A stretch of DNA of 62,279 nucleotides, counting the filler, from Dugesia japonica (taxonomy: Eukaryota), in the NCBI GenBank assembly GCA_001938525.1. It is 5 parts of 5 records of this genome, joined end to end, with 100 filler letters (N's around TTAATTAATTAA, not from the genome) between each part and the next. Parts side by side here need not be neighbours in the genome. Positions count along the whole stretch, not along the records: positions 14,159 to 26,360 come from MQRL01626615.1; positions 26,461 to 40,207 come from MQRL01605110.1; 3 more parts are not named here. One strand, written 5' to 3'. Position 1 is the first letter of the stretch; every line of letters starts with the position of its first letter. The translations under genes were made by a program, and so were the position numbers. Below, piece by piece: positions 14,317-26,899 of this stretch. Under the pieces are notes generated by a model, which saw nothing but the letters and a program-made list of their open reading frames with translations, was not told the DNA's origin and searched no databases.

Positions 14317-15618
14317 AAATCTTTATTGAATATCTTTATTTAATTTGAATTTAATTCGGGCTGTTAAATAATTGATTGTATAAAACCGAATTTTAATATA
14401 AATACTCTATTCATAGTTTAAAACAGTTTGCCTGAAGATGACAGATATTTTATTATTTTATTTGTTTAATTTTAATATGATTTCATTTTTCGTATAAATA
14501 TATAAATATATATAGTTAAATACACACAACATGTATAATACGTCAATACAATATTGATATCATTTCAATTTTAAATAAATTACATAGCAGTCGGTGAAAT
14601 TTTACAAAAATTACTTAGAAGTCCTCAAAAGATTTCAAAAATTGGTAAACCAGATATGCTGAGATGAAATATAATATCACACTGGTACTTGCAGCGAAGT
14701 ATGTTAGTTTTATTTTATTATTATTATTTTTTATAGTCTGCTAGCCAGGGGAATATCAATGTTAATATTATATCTTGACGCTCTTGCTCCTTTTCCAGTT
14801 GTTTTCACTGATTTACTGTATCTATCGGACTCATACCAATCCTTCTGTTGTAATTTGCCACGAATAATTCCCAAGGGCTCGGAATATGTCCTAATGACTC
14901 CAAAAGAATCTCAAAGATTCGGCTTTTGATGGACCAATCTTGAGTTGTATGTCTATCTTTCACATAACATTCAATGATAATAGTTCAATAAGTTGATATC
15001 TATTTAAAATCCACAAATTTTCAGGGTAAAATTACATTTCACTGTTTGTTATTCTAATTTGGTTACACCATCAATACACGAAACTAGTCAAAATTGAGAT
15101 AAATTCGAGGAAATTAAGATGGTCACATAAAGCTAAATGGACTAAAACTAACTACGATAAAGACTTAGCTAATTATTCCAATTCAAAGTAAAATAAAATG
15201 TGGTGCATAAATACTAGGCTAACTATCTCGAAATAAAATTAATAAAATCGATAGATAAGGTAAATAATGAGTATTGAGTCAATCCTAAGCTAACTATTTC
15301 ATAAAAATAATAAAATTCTGAACTAAGAATATCATTAACATTATTTTTTCAAGCTATTATAATAATTACAATTTATAATATTATAATTTAAAGAATTCAA
15401 TATTATTTTTCAAAACAAATAAAATAAGTAAATCATAATCAATAAAATTAAATGAAATCAATAATATTTATCAAAAATTATTGTCAATGAAATTAACATT
15501 ATTTATCAATCTTTTTTAATCAACTGGTAATTATGTAAAAATGAATTCGTTATAACAATTATATNCAAGGAAATACAGTACAACTACTTAATATTATATT
15601 AAAATTAAAACAGCAAAA

Positions 15619-16207
15619 TTAAAATTGGCAACATCGCAACATTCCAGCCAGCAGAATCATCCATTCTTCCGGATCATCTTCTAGTTTCAAAAGTAATAAC
15701 CATAATTCCTTCGAGTTCGGAATCATTTCCAACGCTTTCCGGCCAACAATCTTCTTGGCTTTCACGGTTTCTTCGAGATTTGCTGCTGCCACCCAAAGCG
15801 AAACTGAATTCGGGATGTGTTTTATCGCTTTTGCTGCAATGCGTTTTGCTTGGGCGATATTATTATTATTTCCACGATATTGTTCCATAATTCGAATGGC
15901 TTCCAGCCACATTTCTTCGCTTTGTGGACAATTCTCACATCCCTTCAACACCAATTGTTTCGATGCGCNGATATTGAGATGCTCTTCAAATCCCACAATT
16001 CCTATCCAACCGCTGGCATTTTTCGGATGCGTTTTGATTATAGAATTCCACAGTAATCGACGTGTTTTAATATCCGGTAATATTTCAATACCACTCGGAG
16101 TCATCGATTGTAAACTAGTCAAATAACTCTTCCGATCGATAGATATTTGACCGGAAACACAGTCCGATATACGACTCAATTTATAGTCCATTAATAATCT
16201 TCTAACA
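15619..16207 (-). pseudogene. PRPF6: Pre-mRNA splicing factor PRP6 fragment (HAT repeats), diverged and truncated
   Basis: SYLTSLQSM..PDIKTRRLLWNSIIKTHPKNASGWI..KGCENCPQSEEMWLEAIR..AIKHIPNSVSLWVAAANLEE..RKALEMIPNSKELW..RCC is colinear with the PRP6 N-terminal HAT region; stops early and the 5' end is in a gap. Confidence 0.85.
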
Positions 16208-16669
16208 NNNNNNNNNNNNNNNNNNNNNNNNNNNNNNNNNNNNNNNNNNNNNNNNNNNNNNNNNNNNNNNNNNNNNNNNNNNNNNNNNNNNNNNNNNNNN
16301 NNNNNNNNNNNNNNNNNNNNNNNNNNNNNNNNNNNNNNNNNNNNNNNNNNNNNNNNNNNNNNNNNNNNNNNNNNNNNNNNNNNNNNNNNNNNNNNNNNNN
16401 NNNNNNNNNNTTAAGTTACATTTAATCTAAATAAGTATTATTTAAATTTAAATATTTAAAATAAGTCGTGTATTAATATTAACTTATTATAATATTTAAA
16501 CTTTATAGCATTATAACATTAACATACTAAAATAAATTTATTTTCTTTTATCAACTTTTAAAAAAGATTTACAAGCTTCTCCCAATTCATATTAAAAACA
16601 TTTTAAGATTTAATTAATTGATACATATTTTTATAAAAAATTTTAATTATGGTAATTATGGAAAATCAC

Positions 16670-17060
16670 GTTAATCTTAGGTTTATCCTCTTTAATTAGT
16701 ATTGGTTCATGTTTTTTCTGTAAATTGCAGAAATGTAGCCTGTTCCTAATGTTTTCCATGTAATATGATGTTTTCTGGTAAAATATTATGTTTCTGTTGA
16801 AAGTGTTTGAAGACTTCACTTTCTTTATGTTTGAGATGTTCTTTAATTCTTGTACGGATGGTTCTGCATATGTTGCCTATATATGTATCCTTAAATAAGG
16901 TGCATGTTATTTTGTAAGTGATATTTTTTATTGCATAAATTTCTACCATCACAAATGCATTTGGGACCACAAAAATTTTGTCTTGGTTTCAGTAATTGGA
17001 TACCCAAAGGTTCTTGGGTTTCATATATATAATTGTGTAGTTAATATTTCACCAGGTTTC
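16670..17060 (-). mobile_element. Penelope-like GIY-YIG endonuclease remnant
   Basis: NITYKITCTLFKDTYIGNICRTIRTRIKEHLKHKESEVFKHFQQKH. Confidence 0.85.
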
Positions 17061-17139
17061 GTTTTTTATAAAAGAAAAGAAATCCGAAAGTCAATTGATT
17101 TCTCTAAAAAGGATTTAATGTTAACATGTATACTGTTGG

Positions 17140-17370
17140 CTGGTGAAATATTAACTACTCAATTTTAATGAAACCATTTCACAGTGGACATATATTATCT
17201 TGGAGTAGTAATACTAACATCAGCAAAAAATTGGTATAATTAAAGGTGAAAGAATTCGAGTTGATAGACTATTTTCAAATGAAGAAATGAAATTGATTTC
17301 CCTCAAGTTGATAAAAAACAAATTTCTAAACAAAGGCAACTTAAGTCAAATTATATCAAAATATTTATTT
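17140..17370 (+). mobile_element. Penelope-like RT C-terminal (thumb) fragment
   Basis: MKPFHSGHILSWSSNTNISKK; near-identical copy at the window end (about 62208-62279). Confidence 0.65.
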
Positions 17371-17514
17371 TTAAATACATAACATAATAAAATCAAACTA
17401 AAAACATACTAAAAACAAAAATTATTTTTTATTAATGAGAAATGTAGCCAAATCATGCAAAATATAATAAAAATTCTAAACTCTATTTTCTATTTGGTTT
17501 TAATGTATATTTTA

Positions 17515-17720
17515 ACTTTATATTTTCATAGACCTTACTTCACTAATCTTTAAAGAGTGTAATATATTGATAAAAGAAGATAATACGACTGAGTGATAGT
17601 GAGTAAGAGTTGATATGACATGCTTCTTATTTAAAATAATATAACTATTTCAATATATTTTAATCGTCTGATTATCATTCTGCTTCTTTGCTTGCTCCTT
17701 AGTCCAGTCGCTAGTGCTTT
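17515..17720 (-). repeat. Dispersed repeat, same family as 30.7-31.6 kb and 55.0-55.9 kb
   Basis: Shared actgagtgatagtgagtaagagtt and aataatataactatttca with about 55453-55517. Confidence 0.7.
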
Positions 17721-19268
17721 GTTTGCTTGAATTAAAATAAATCGGAAGTCATCAACAAAATCCATCCCAAGTCAGACAAAGACTTTGCTTAGTGATAACC
17801 GAAATTAAACAGAGGTCACGCGAGGTGATCGACAGAAAATTTAGTGCATGTCGGTATGTACGAAATCACTGTCAAAGTTAGAAGGAGAAGATGAATATGC
17901 ATCAAGAAGTTATCAGGTGGCACCCAATCAGAAGAGGTAATNTTCAAATAAAACCATATAACTGGCTAGCTAATAATCATCGACAAATTTCTCTCTCACT
18001 TGGAACGATATAACCAAGCTGAACGAGAGCGAACAACACTTGTTATTTGAAAAATTTATAAAAAAATTTTACTTCATTAAATCAACACAAATTCCAAAAC
18101 AAATTATTTTGTCACTTAGTTTAAAAGCAATTTAAGTTTCATCAGATTCAAGAAATAGCAGGAAAGATTAAAAGTAATTTACAATATATTTTTTAAACCC
18201 ATTTTTAATTTTATTCCAAGTGACCTTTCTTCTAAAACAAATCAATGAATGGAATGAAAATATTGTAATTAAAAAGGAGAAAACTTATGAATTGAAGTGA
18301 GAACAATGTACAGTTCAAAATGAGAAAATAATGTAATTAAAAAGAGGCAAAATTGATAATTCGCAGTGAGTAAACATGCAATTCAAATTGAGAAAATGTT
18401 TAGCAATTTTGCGAACAAGTTTTAATTTAAAAAGTGCTAAAACGTCGCAGTTTTGTGAATCAATCGTCATCAAAAATATTGAAATGTTGTCAGCGTGTGG
18501 GAGAAAACTGAGAAAATTTAGACCACGTTTAGTAATTCAACAAATGAGAAAGTGTTGCAGCTTGATGAATGGAAATGAAAAAGACGGTATCATTGTTTTT
18601 GTAATTTCGCGATAACAAAAATGGGGTCGCGGTTTGATCAATAGAGATGAGGAAAAACAGAGTCGCGATTTCATAATTAAATATGAGGAAAGATGACGAA
18701 ATAAAATGAGAGATCTATGTGAATAAGAAGGAGAGAAGTTTGGTATCGCATAATTGTATAGAACAGAAAAAGAGAATGATAATATAATGGTTTTTCTGGG
18801 AGCTCGATTTCTATACTCCAAATAGTACAGATTTCTTAATTATGCTCTTGATTATGTCGTACACATTCTATTTATTAATCAGAAAATTTGAATAATATTA
18901 TTTTAAATTTAAGTTCATAAATGATATATTACTTATTTTGAAAATTTTAAATATAATTATTATAATTATACATTAGCCATTTTTCTTAACTTCTCAAATT
19001 TAAATGTTGAAATTAAATGAATTGTAAATTGAGTTATAAATGAATTATAAATTAAAGAAATTAAAACATTGAAGAGATAAATGACAACTTGTCCAGCGTT
19101 ACTTTTGTATCGCAAAGCGGTTATTATAAATATCAAATGGACCTTGTGGTCGAATCAAAATTAATTCACAATTCAAAGAACTTATTTTACTGTTTTACAT
19201 TATTATGAATTTAAATTTCTCTTATATAAATTGTTAAGGAGATTTCTGCTAGAGCTTCATACTACCAA

Positions 19269-19364
19269 GGACGAGGGAAGATGTCTGCTTTTAGTGGTCA
19301 TCTTTGCTGGTCCGTGTTAAAGAAGCGGGGATGAATAGATGATAGGCCGTAGGCCGAAGAATCG
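19269..19364 (+). ncRNA. Conserved structured RNA/DNA motif, copy A
   Basis: 21-bp hairpin plus a GATA-GGCC(GTA)GGCC-GAA hairpin; covaries with copy B. Confidence 0.55.
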
Positions 19365-19445
19365 ATATACGGTTTGATTGTTTATTCTATTAAATAAAGT
19401 TATTGGTTTTGCTTATAAAATTGTTAATCACTTGTAACATAGAAA

Positions 19446-19667
19446 ATGACAGAATACTATCGGCCGGAAATGACACTTGTACTCACCAACGACGGAGATG
19501 TGGGAACATTTTGGATTCCGTGGGGGTGTACGATGGAATTTTTAAAGCAGCGAACCAAGTACGAAAAGGAAAAAACGGACCTTTTGTATCGAGGTGGAAA
19601 ATTAGTTGAAAAGAGTAGGAGTGTAAAGCCACAGCTAGTCGAGTCACAGGCCATTCAGCAACGTTAA
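19446..19667 (+). CDS. Unknown ORF downstream of the structured leader (probably repeat-borne)
   Basis: Higher GC than the flanks; ATG just after a candidate acceptor (catag); no recognisable domain. Confidence 0.3.
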   Translation: MTEYYRPEMTLVLTNDGDVGTFWIPWGCTMEFLKQRTKYEKEKTDLLYRGGKLVEKSRSVKPQLVESQAIQQR

Positions 19668-21938
19668 GAGGACGAGACTGCACGGCTCCGTCAAGGAATG
19701 AGACTAATAAAGGAGAACACGATCGCGCTGATGGAACAGGGAGCTTTGTTGGGATAGCTTGAGGAGCAGGTTCTGGCACTGACATCAGCGGATGCCGTGG
19801 ATCAAGAGTTGGTTCCGACTCCTGTCATCGTAAAGGTTGAGTCTTTGCGAGACCAACGAATACATGTTGATTACAATATATTTTTTATTGTTCATTGTAA
19901 GTAGAATGTTAATTTAGTGTGATATGTATGTCACTTTGTTGGTTCATATTTATGATAATGGACTGCAGAGGTGGCAAATCGTCAGTTAATAAGAGTCGAT
20001 GCTAATTTCACTTTTTCCCTTTCCTAAGACTTTCATAATTATATCAATTGTATATGGTGGGTTCCTTGTGTTCTACAATTTTTATGACAAATATTGATTA
20101 CTAATGGATTATTGTATGTATTGTATGTATGTACTTTTGGGTTAGAAAACGAGAGCCCGTAAAATAATTGACAAACTGGGAAAAGAATTCCGAAGGAGAT
20201 ACAGAAAATAAAGTGTAAAGGACCAGAAAATTGATTATTATTATTAGTACTATTATTATTATTATCATTATTATTAGGTACTTGGTATTAGAAAAGAAAA
20301 TCGGGCATTACCTGTTATTAAGAATAACGAAATTTTATATTTTCATGAAAGTGTACTATATTATAATAAAAAATAACAATACAATACTATAATATAAGTA
20401 GAGGAGTCTCTGCGACTCTATTTTCTTTTAGTATAATATAAATAATTCATGGTTTCGATTATTTTTATTATATTGTTATTATCGTTATTATTAATTAAAA
20501 ACAAATAATCCCTGGTCCAAGTCCTATAGATAATCGTACGATGTGATGATTCAACGTAAAACTGGACAAAGAACAACTGCTTGACGACACGAATTGTGTT
20601 TCCCAAATTCGACGTCAATCATTGCTGTACACACAAGAAATCCTATCGGATGTATGAGTGGTCGATGTTAATTAGCCAAGAACCGAAAGTTTGAGCAATA
20701 TTAAGGACCAATGACTGACCAATGAGAGTGACGGATTCAAACAAAACGAGTGTTGATTGGAAGACCAACGAGAATGTATCCAATTCTCACCTGTTCGAAA
20801 TAATACAATTAGCTTACAAAGGAGAAAGAGATTCTCATATTTTAAAAAATTTTTATTGGAATTAACTGAAATAGTAACTAAAACTTAATAAAGATATTTT
20901 TTCTGGCTTATTTTTCTAAGATATTTGACATAAATTGGAAAAACTATTGCACGTGTGAGACTCTAGCAGGAATCAGTTGATCATTAAAAGTAAATTTTCA
21001 TTCCTTATGTTACAATATTATTCATAAAATTTGCATGAATCGAGTCCTAGAATATCGCATGATGATTGTGTTTCCCAAAAGATGAAAAGACAATTTAAAT
21101 CATTGTGAAGAATGAGAGTAAAATTATACTGAAGGGAACATCGAGAAGGTGATGGAGATTATCACGGGGAATGAGAGCAAAAGGTGGTCGAGTGAAGTCG
21201 AAAATACGATTGAAATTCTCATAAATATCGAGAGAGTAAATATGCTGGGAAAGTCGGAGATACCATTGAGTGTATTATAATGGTATAATGATCATAAACA
21301 AAATATTATGTCAAGGAATTTGGAATTCAGATTGAGATTATATCATAGAACTATCCAATCTTAAAATATGAACATGAAATAAATGTTTAATGTTGTTATC
21401 GAATTACGTTGCTTTATGAATGTGAAATGGAAATGTGGTATTTAATTTTTAATAGAAACTAGGTAGTGGTATATTTTCGGTCGTTTACAAGTGATAATCA
21501 ATAAAACATTTAATTTTCGTAATCTTGAATTATTAACTTTTAATTGTATGTTATTTTAAATTCTATAAGTAATTGAAAAGATTAGTTAATGATTTTATGC
21601 CAACTCGTAATTGCATCCAAGTAAAAGTATTAATTTTAAATATGGAAAANTATTCTTCTTCTTTTCTTAAAAAATTCATTTAAGTAATGAAATTTCTTCA
21701 AGGACTCGTTATACGTTATTTCTCTGCATTAATTTTAGTAGTTTATTATTCGTTATCTCAGTTACCCTGTCCTTGATTTGGTTATTTAATTTAATTTTTA
21801 TCCTCATTGCAGATTAATTTGTTATAGATGATAACATTTCTACAATAATGCTTTAACGCATTTTCATCGAAAAAAGTAATAATGACTTCATAATAATTTT
21901 ATTTAATATTTACTTGCAGTGGTTACTTGCACGATTGG

Positions 21939-22035
21939 GAACGAGGAAAGAGGACGGTTTATGACTGTCCTCTCCGCTGGTTCGTAATCTAGAAGGGGTG
22001 AACTAAACCGGATAGGCTGCAGGCCGAAAAAATCG
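21939..22035 (+). ncRNA. Conserved structured RNA/DNA motif, copy B
   Basis: 21-bp hairpin plus a GATA-GGCT(GCA)GGCC-GAA hairpin. Confidence 0.55.
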
Positions 22036-22100
22036 TGATTGTAATATTTCATTCTACCTAATCATTCTATACAAATTTCGTTAATAATTTTAATTAATAG

Positions 22101-22517
22101 ATGTTGAGAATGAGGAAACATCATAGAAAATGTGCAAGATATGTGTGGCCTTATATTGACGAAACAGGCCGATATTACATCGAGTGGTTGGAAGTTCAGA
22201 CAATGCTATTAAAAGAAAGAAAGGGGCGTAAATTAGAAAATCAGAATATAAGAACCTATCTGGACATTATGTCATTACAACTAGCCATTAAAGATAGTAA
22301 AATACAAGTATTAGAATTGCAGCTGGAGAAAATGTGGGAANNNNNNNNNNNNNNNNGGAAAGAAGAATTCTTGAGAAAAGGGGAGAATAATTGTAAAATT
22401 CCAGTTGTGAAGGACGAATTAGATGAGCAGCGAAAACGAGAACTGGAGCTCAAAATCTTGCGAGAGCTGATGGGCCTAAATATGATCTCATCGTTGGAAT
22501 TTGGAAACGATGTGTAA
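22101..22517 (+). CDS. Unknown coiled-coil ORF downstream of the structured leader
   Basis: 138-aa ORF with heptad-like LQLAIKDSKIQVLELQLEK; ATG directly after a candidate acceptor (aatag). Confidence 0.35.
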   Translation: MLRMRKHHRKCARYVWPYIDETGRYYIEWLEVQTMLLKERKGRKLENQNIRTYLDIMSLQLAIKDSKIQVLELQLEKMWEXXXXXXKEEFLRKGENNCKIPVVKDELDEQRKRELELKILRELMGLNMISSLEFGNDV

Positions 22518-23096
22518 ATAAACGTAGTTGTAATTAATTGATTTGGTGCTCAATTTTTTTTGTTGGGCTAAAGAAATTATATCTTTGTCTGAGTTTGAGA
22601 TCATTGTTAGGTGTTGTAGAGGCAGCTGTAGAGAAAATTGAATGCTTATTATTTTTATTTGTCTTTATGCCAACTTTTGGAATTAATTTTGGATTGTTAA
22701 GTTGTAAAGATAGAATATTCTTTGATCTAATTAATTTATTTTAAATTCTGTCTATATTCCTTTAATGAATAAACCAACCGAGTCACCAGTGACTAGAAAA
22801 GATGTTGTAGAAAAGCAAAAACGATGGAGCGAGAAGCGCTAAGAATTGTAAAATGAGGTGCTTAGACTGAAAGGCGCCAATATAAAAAATGGAATGAAAA
22901 TGNNNNNNNNNNNNNNNNNNNNNNNNNNNNNNNNNNNNNNNNNNNNNNNNNNNNNNNNNNNNNNNNNNNNTTACGCTGATAGGGAGGTTACAATGTTTAA
23001 CATCCTCAAGACATTGTGGTTGAACTATCGAACAACAAGTGAAGAGACAGACGCTTCTGCATCTACAGTGGATTTAGATGTCTGAGACAAAATAGC

Positions 23097-23560
23097 TGGG
23101 GAAAAAAAGAGGGAGTCTTAATTTATTTCGGTTATGTATGATTGTGATGGTGATATGGGTCGTTGCCTATAACAAATAAGTACTGAGCATAATGGTAAAG
23201 AGGTTCAGAAAATCAAAGAGTAAGTCGCAATTTCGAGCTGAACCCGAGAAACGTGCGGCATGTCACAAAGGTGACATAAATGCTTAAGATTTCTAGGTGT
23301 GCAGAATTATAAAATAAACTGAATGAAAGTTGAGAATGGAAATGAATCAAAATCCTATGAATATTACAATGTTTGCGAAATTTGTATATAGCTTTATCAA
23401 TCTTATTTAACTGAATTTTGAATCACTCAAACGTGTTTTTTGGTTGAGCCAATGTAATAACCCTTAAGACGAACCTGTACCTAAGAGCGAATTCGGATAT
23501 AAATATCTTGGGCTTTTTATTACATACAGGCTTTTTTTTATATAAATATTGTTGGGCTTT
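23097..23560 (+). repeat. Polypurine tract followed by LTR-like sequence
   Basis: ggggaaaaaaagagggag, then motifs shared with 59.95-60.2 kb (ggcatgtc, ttcgagc..aaccc, aattcgga..tataa). Confidence 0.4.
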
Positions 23561-24217
23561 TCAACAAGGTTATATGTTCCACGAAAATAAATTATTTATA
23601 TAAATCTAAATTTTAATTATGTTTCCATTCATTNCTTTCAATTATGTAAATACTTGTCATTATCGCTTTCGTTTTATTAATGATTAATATTGTATTCAAT
23701 ATTTACTGAACCATTTTTTCTTATATTATATTTTTCCACATTACACTCATAAAAATATAAAGATCCATTATTAATTGTTACAAATCTTCACAATCCAACT
23801 TCAGTTTTGGCTTTAAAATATCGATTTAAATACGAAATTAAATTCTTAAATAATCAATTAGAAATTTAAAACTGGTCTTGAAAATTTATTGCACTTAATA
23901 GAACATTTGTTTTAAACTGATGAAAATTAACAAAATATATTACCAACTCTCAACAATTTACAACACAAAGTAGCGTCGTAGTATAACAAACCATATCAAA
24001 AGTACTTTAAAAGATAATAACTCACACTGAAACAATTGAGCACAGTTGATTAGGAAAAAATAATACACAAATTTATTTATAGAAATATAATTATTATCAT
24101 AATGAAGTGAGCAATGAACAAAGCCGTTTAAGTAAAACTAAAGTATCTGTATAATTTACATGTATAAACTCATATGCAGTTATTAATTAAGAATCTTTAT
24201 ATAATAATTATTATAGC

Positions 24218-24252
<35 letters not shown>

Positions 24253-24267
24253 TAATAATAAAAATAA

Positions 24268-24672
24268 TCAAGAAGTTCCAGAATCTACATCGCCATGATA
24301 TTGAGCTAAATGGCTACTCATTTCTGATGGTTTATTTGTCAAAAACGCCTGACACCAAGGACAACGTTTAAACGTGTACTTCAAAGCTGTTTCAGAATTA
24401 GCAGAACTTTCTTTTGTAGTTGACATTAAATCTGTACCAACATCAACATCCAATTCTTCAGTAACATCTGAAATTGCTTCATATGCCGATTCAAAAGGTA
24501 TATCGATTTCTGAATTTTTAATATCAGGTTTTCTTTCAATTTCTACGCTTGTTGAAGATTGCTCTGGATTATGAAAACTCTCTTCATTTTCACTTTTAAT
24601 GCAAATCGATTTATTTAATGAACCAATATCTTTGATATTATATTCTTTCATAAATTGATAAAGAATGTCACC
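24268..24672 (-). CDS. Terminal exon of an unknown host protein with a C2H2-like finger
   Basis: ttcag acceptor, open S/E-rich reading frame, CPWC-x12-H-x4-H before the stop. Confidence 0.55.
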   Translation of the reverse strand, partial: GDILYQFMKEYNIKDIGSLNKSICIKSENEESFHNPEQSSTSVEIERKPDIKNSEIDIPFESAYEAISDVTEELDVDVGTDLMSTTKESSANSETALKYTFKRCPWCQAFLTNKPSEMSSHLAQYHGDVDSGTS

Positions 24673-25127
24673 CTGAATGAAAAATAATAATTCAAATATG
24701 TACACAACATAAAGTAGATTTTACGTAAAAGTTGAAAAATACACGAAAATTAACTTTAACTTCTATATATAGTTTTTTTTTAAATTATTATTCAACATTT
24801 AAAATTGTTTTAACTTATATATTTACATTCTGAACCTTTTTTAATGGTAATATAAATTCTCAAATTGGTGATAGTATCAATCCAAGAAGACGAAATGGTG
24901 AACTCTACAAAAGCGTAAAAAATCTAGTACTGCAAGATTTATAGTTGCAAAACTAAGGAATGATAATATAGAAGGTGAAGATTTTTGATTGGGTCCTCTG
25001 GTAAAAAATAAACAAGAAATTTATTCAAAAAATTGTCGAAAACAGGTCTGCAATGACATTTAAAAAATGAAAGTAAAAGTAATAACAGTAAAAAATATAT
25101 GCGTCTTTATTTCAAGCATACACATTA

Positions 25128-25335
25128 CTTTGTTGCAATCGCAAAAACCTTTTTCGAAGATTTCAAGATTAAACTTTTCATAGCTATGGACGAGCAGAGC
25201 AAAGCAATGATCTTCGTTGTTTATCAGTGGTTGTTCTGACTTACTTTGGTAAGTATCATACCACAGTTAGGTACTGTGATCATGGTCGTTGCCCTCGACA
25301 CGGTTATAATCACTACTTGCCCAGCCAATATAACA
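25128..25335 (-). pseudogene. Possible C-type lectin-like exon with one stop
   Basis: CYIGWASSDYNRVEG..*LWYDTYQSKSEQPLINNEDHCFALL..FCDC; the QP..E.HC spacing resembles a CTL domain. Confidence 0.3.
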
Positions 25336-26569
25336 GAGAAAAACAGTTCTTACATTTTTCATTATAGATAAAATTTACTGCCATGGTTCTCAAAAACAAT
25401 TTAATTTCACAAAATAATCATTAATTCTATTTGATTAAAGTTCTTAATTAACACATTATATTCTAAAAGATAATTTATAAGGCCGAAAGATTTTGTATTC
25501 TTAATTAGAAAAATAATAAAAATAGCAGTAACAAATGTGAATCTGATTTGTTTTTTAAAGATATTTTAACGAAACAAATTATAAATACACACTCACACAT
25601 ACATATATACTGAAACAAAATGGAATTTTGTAAATTTATAATTCGAAAATTGATTACATTTTAAATTTACTTTTTTAATTTTTGAAAATGAAAAACATAT
25701 TTTTTTGTTAAATTAAATTTGGAAAAATATTTTTGGTAATTATATTTCTACTAATATTTTTTCAAAGAAAATTAGAAACTTTTCTTAAACTATTTTAATC
25801 AAAAAATTCTTTTAAATTTAATATCAAAATATAATGACATTGATAAAACCAATCGATTTACGAACAAATCAATGTTACTATGCAATATTTTAGTTTCCAA
25901 ACTAGGAAGTGACGTCATACACTAANNNNNNNNNNNNNNNNNNNNNNNNNNNNNNNNNNNNNNNNNNNNNNNNNNNNNNNNAATTTGAATCGATTTGGCT
26001 TTAAAGTAAACTACAAAATGTATTACTGATAAATTAAATACCGATACATATATTGGCTAAATTTGGAAAAGAAAATATTTATTGATTTAAAATAGTAAAT
26101 TAAATTTATCACAATTTGATTAATTCTATTTTTACAAAATATAACTTTGATTTGTAACAATCATGATGAATTNNNNNNNNNNNNNNNNNNNNNNNNNNNN
26201 NNNNNNNNNNNNNNNNNNNNNNNNNNNNNNNNNNNNNNNNNNNNNNNNNNNNNNNNNNNNNNNNNNNNNNNNNNNNNNNNNNNNNNNNNNNNNNNNNNNN
26301 NNNNNNNNNNNNNNNNNNNNNNNNNNNNNNNNNNNNNNNNNNNNNNNNNNTTATTGTTATNNNNNNNNNNNNNNNNNNNNNNNNNNNNNNNNNNNNNNNN
26401 NNNNTTAATTAATTAANNNNNNNNNNNNNNNNNNNNNNNNNNNNNNNNNNNNNNNNNNNNTATTATTATTATTATTAATAATAATAAAAGTAATATTATT
26501 ATTGTCATCATTTTCGAAAATTCTAATTTGATCTTAAAAATATGTTAAGGTCCACATTATGTTTCTTAA

Positions 26570-26880
26570 CAATGGTGATTTCAAATTATTTGTGTGCGTT
26601 ACATAATGTAATGGTCAAATGTTTCCTCGGAATTGATAATTTTTGGGTGATTAAGGTAAAATTGGTCCAATATTTCCTCGTGATTGGTTAGTTCGGGTAA
26701 TTTTTGTGTGAATTGGTCAAATTTTTCCTCAGGAATGGTTAATTTGAGTAATTTTGAATGATTTGGTCGAATACTTTCTCAGGCTTAGTCAATTTGAGTA
26801 ATGTTTGTACGATTTGGTCAATTTTTGGGTGATTTGGTCGAATATTTTCTCGGGTTGGTCAGTTTGGGATGAATTTGTTT
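26570..26880. repeat. Degenerate tandem repeat, unit about 50 bp
   Basis: Recurring ttggtc(a/g)aatattt(c/t)ctc..g..tggt.a.tt.g.gtaatt. Confidence 0.7.
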
Positions 26881-26899
26881 AAATTTTCAAGTTTTTTAA

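Noticed and set aside
14740-14990. LFVANYNRRIGMSP on the minus strand as an integrase C-terminus
   Set aside because: The match is too short and no DDE motifs were found.
19338-19360. Canonical hammerhead ribozyme
   Set aside because: No CUGANGA box or stems I/III in either copy; kept only as an unknown structure.
24840-25000. LINE APE endonuclease-like FNGNINSQIG..RNGE
   Set aside because: Weak similarity and no other LINE motifs nearby.
26570-26880. CRISPR-like array
   Set aside because: Eukaryotic context and degenerate tandem units without unique spacers.
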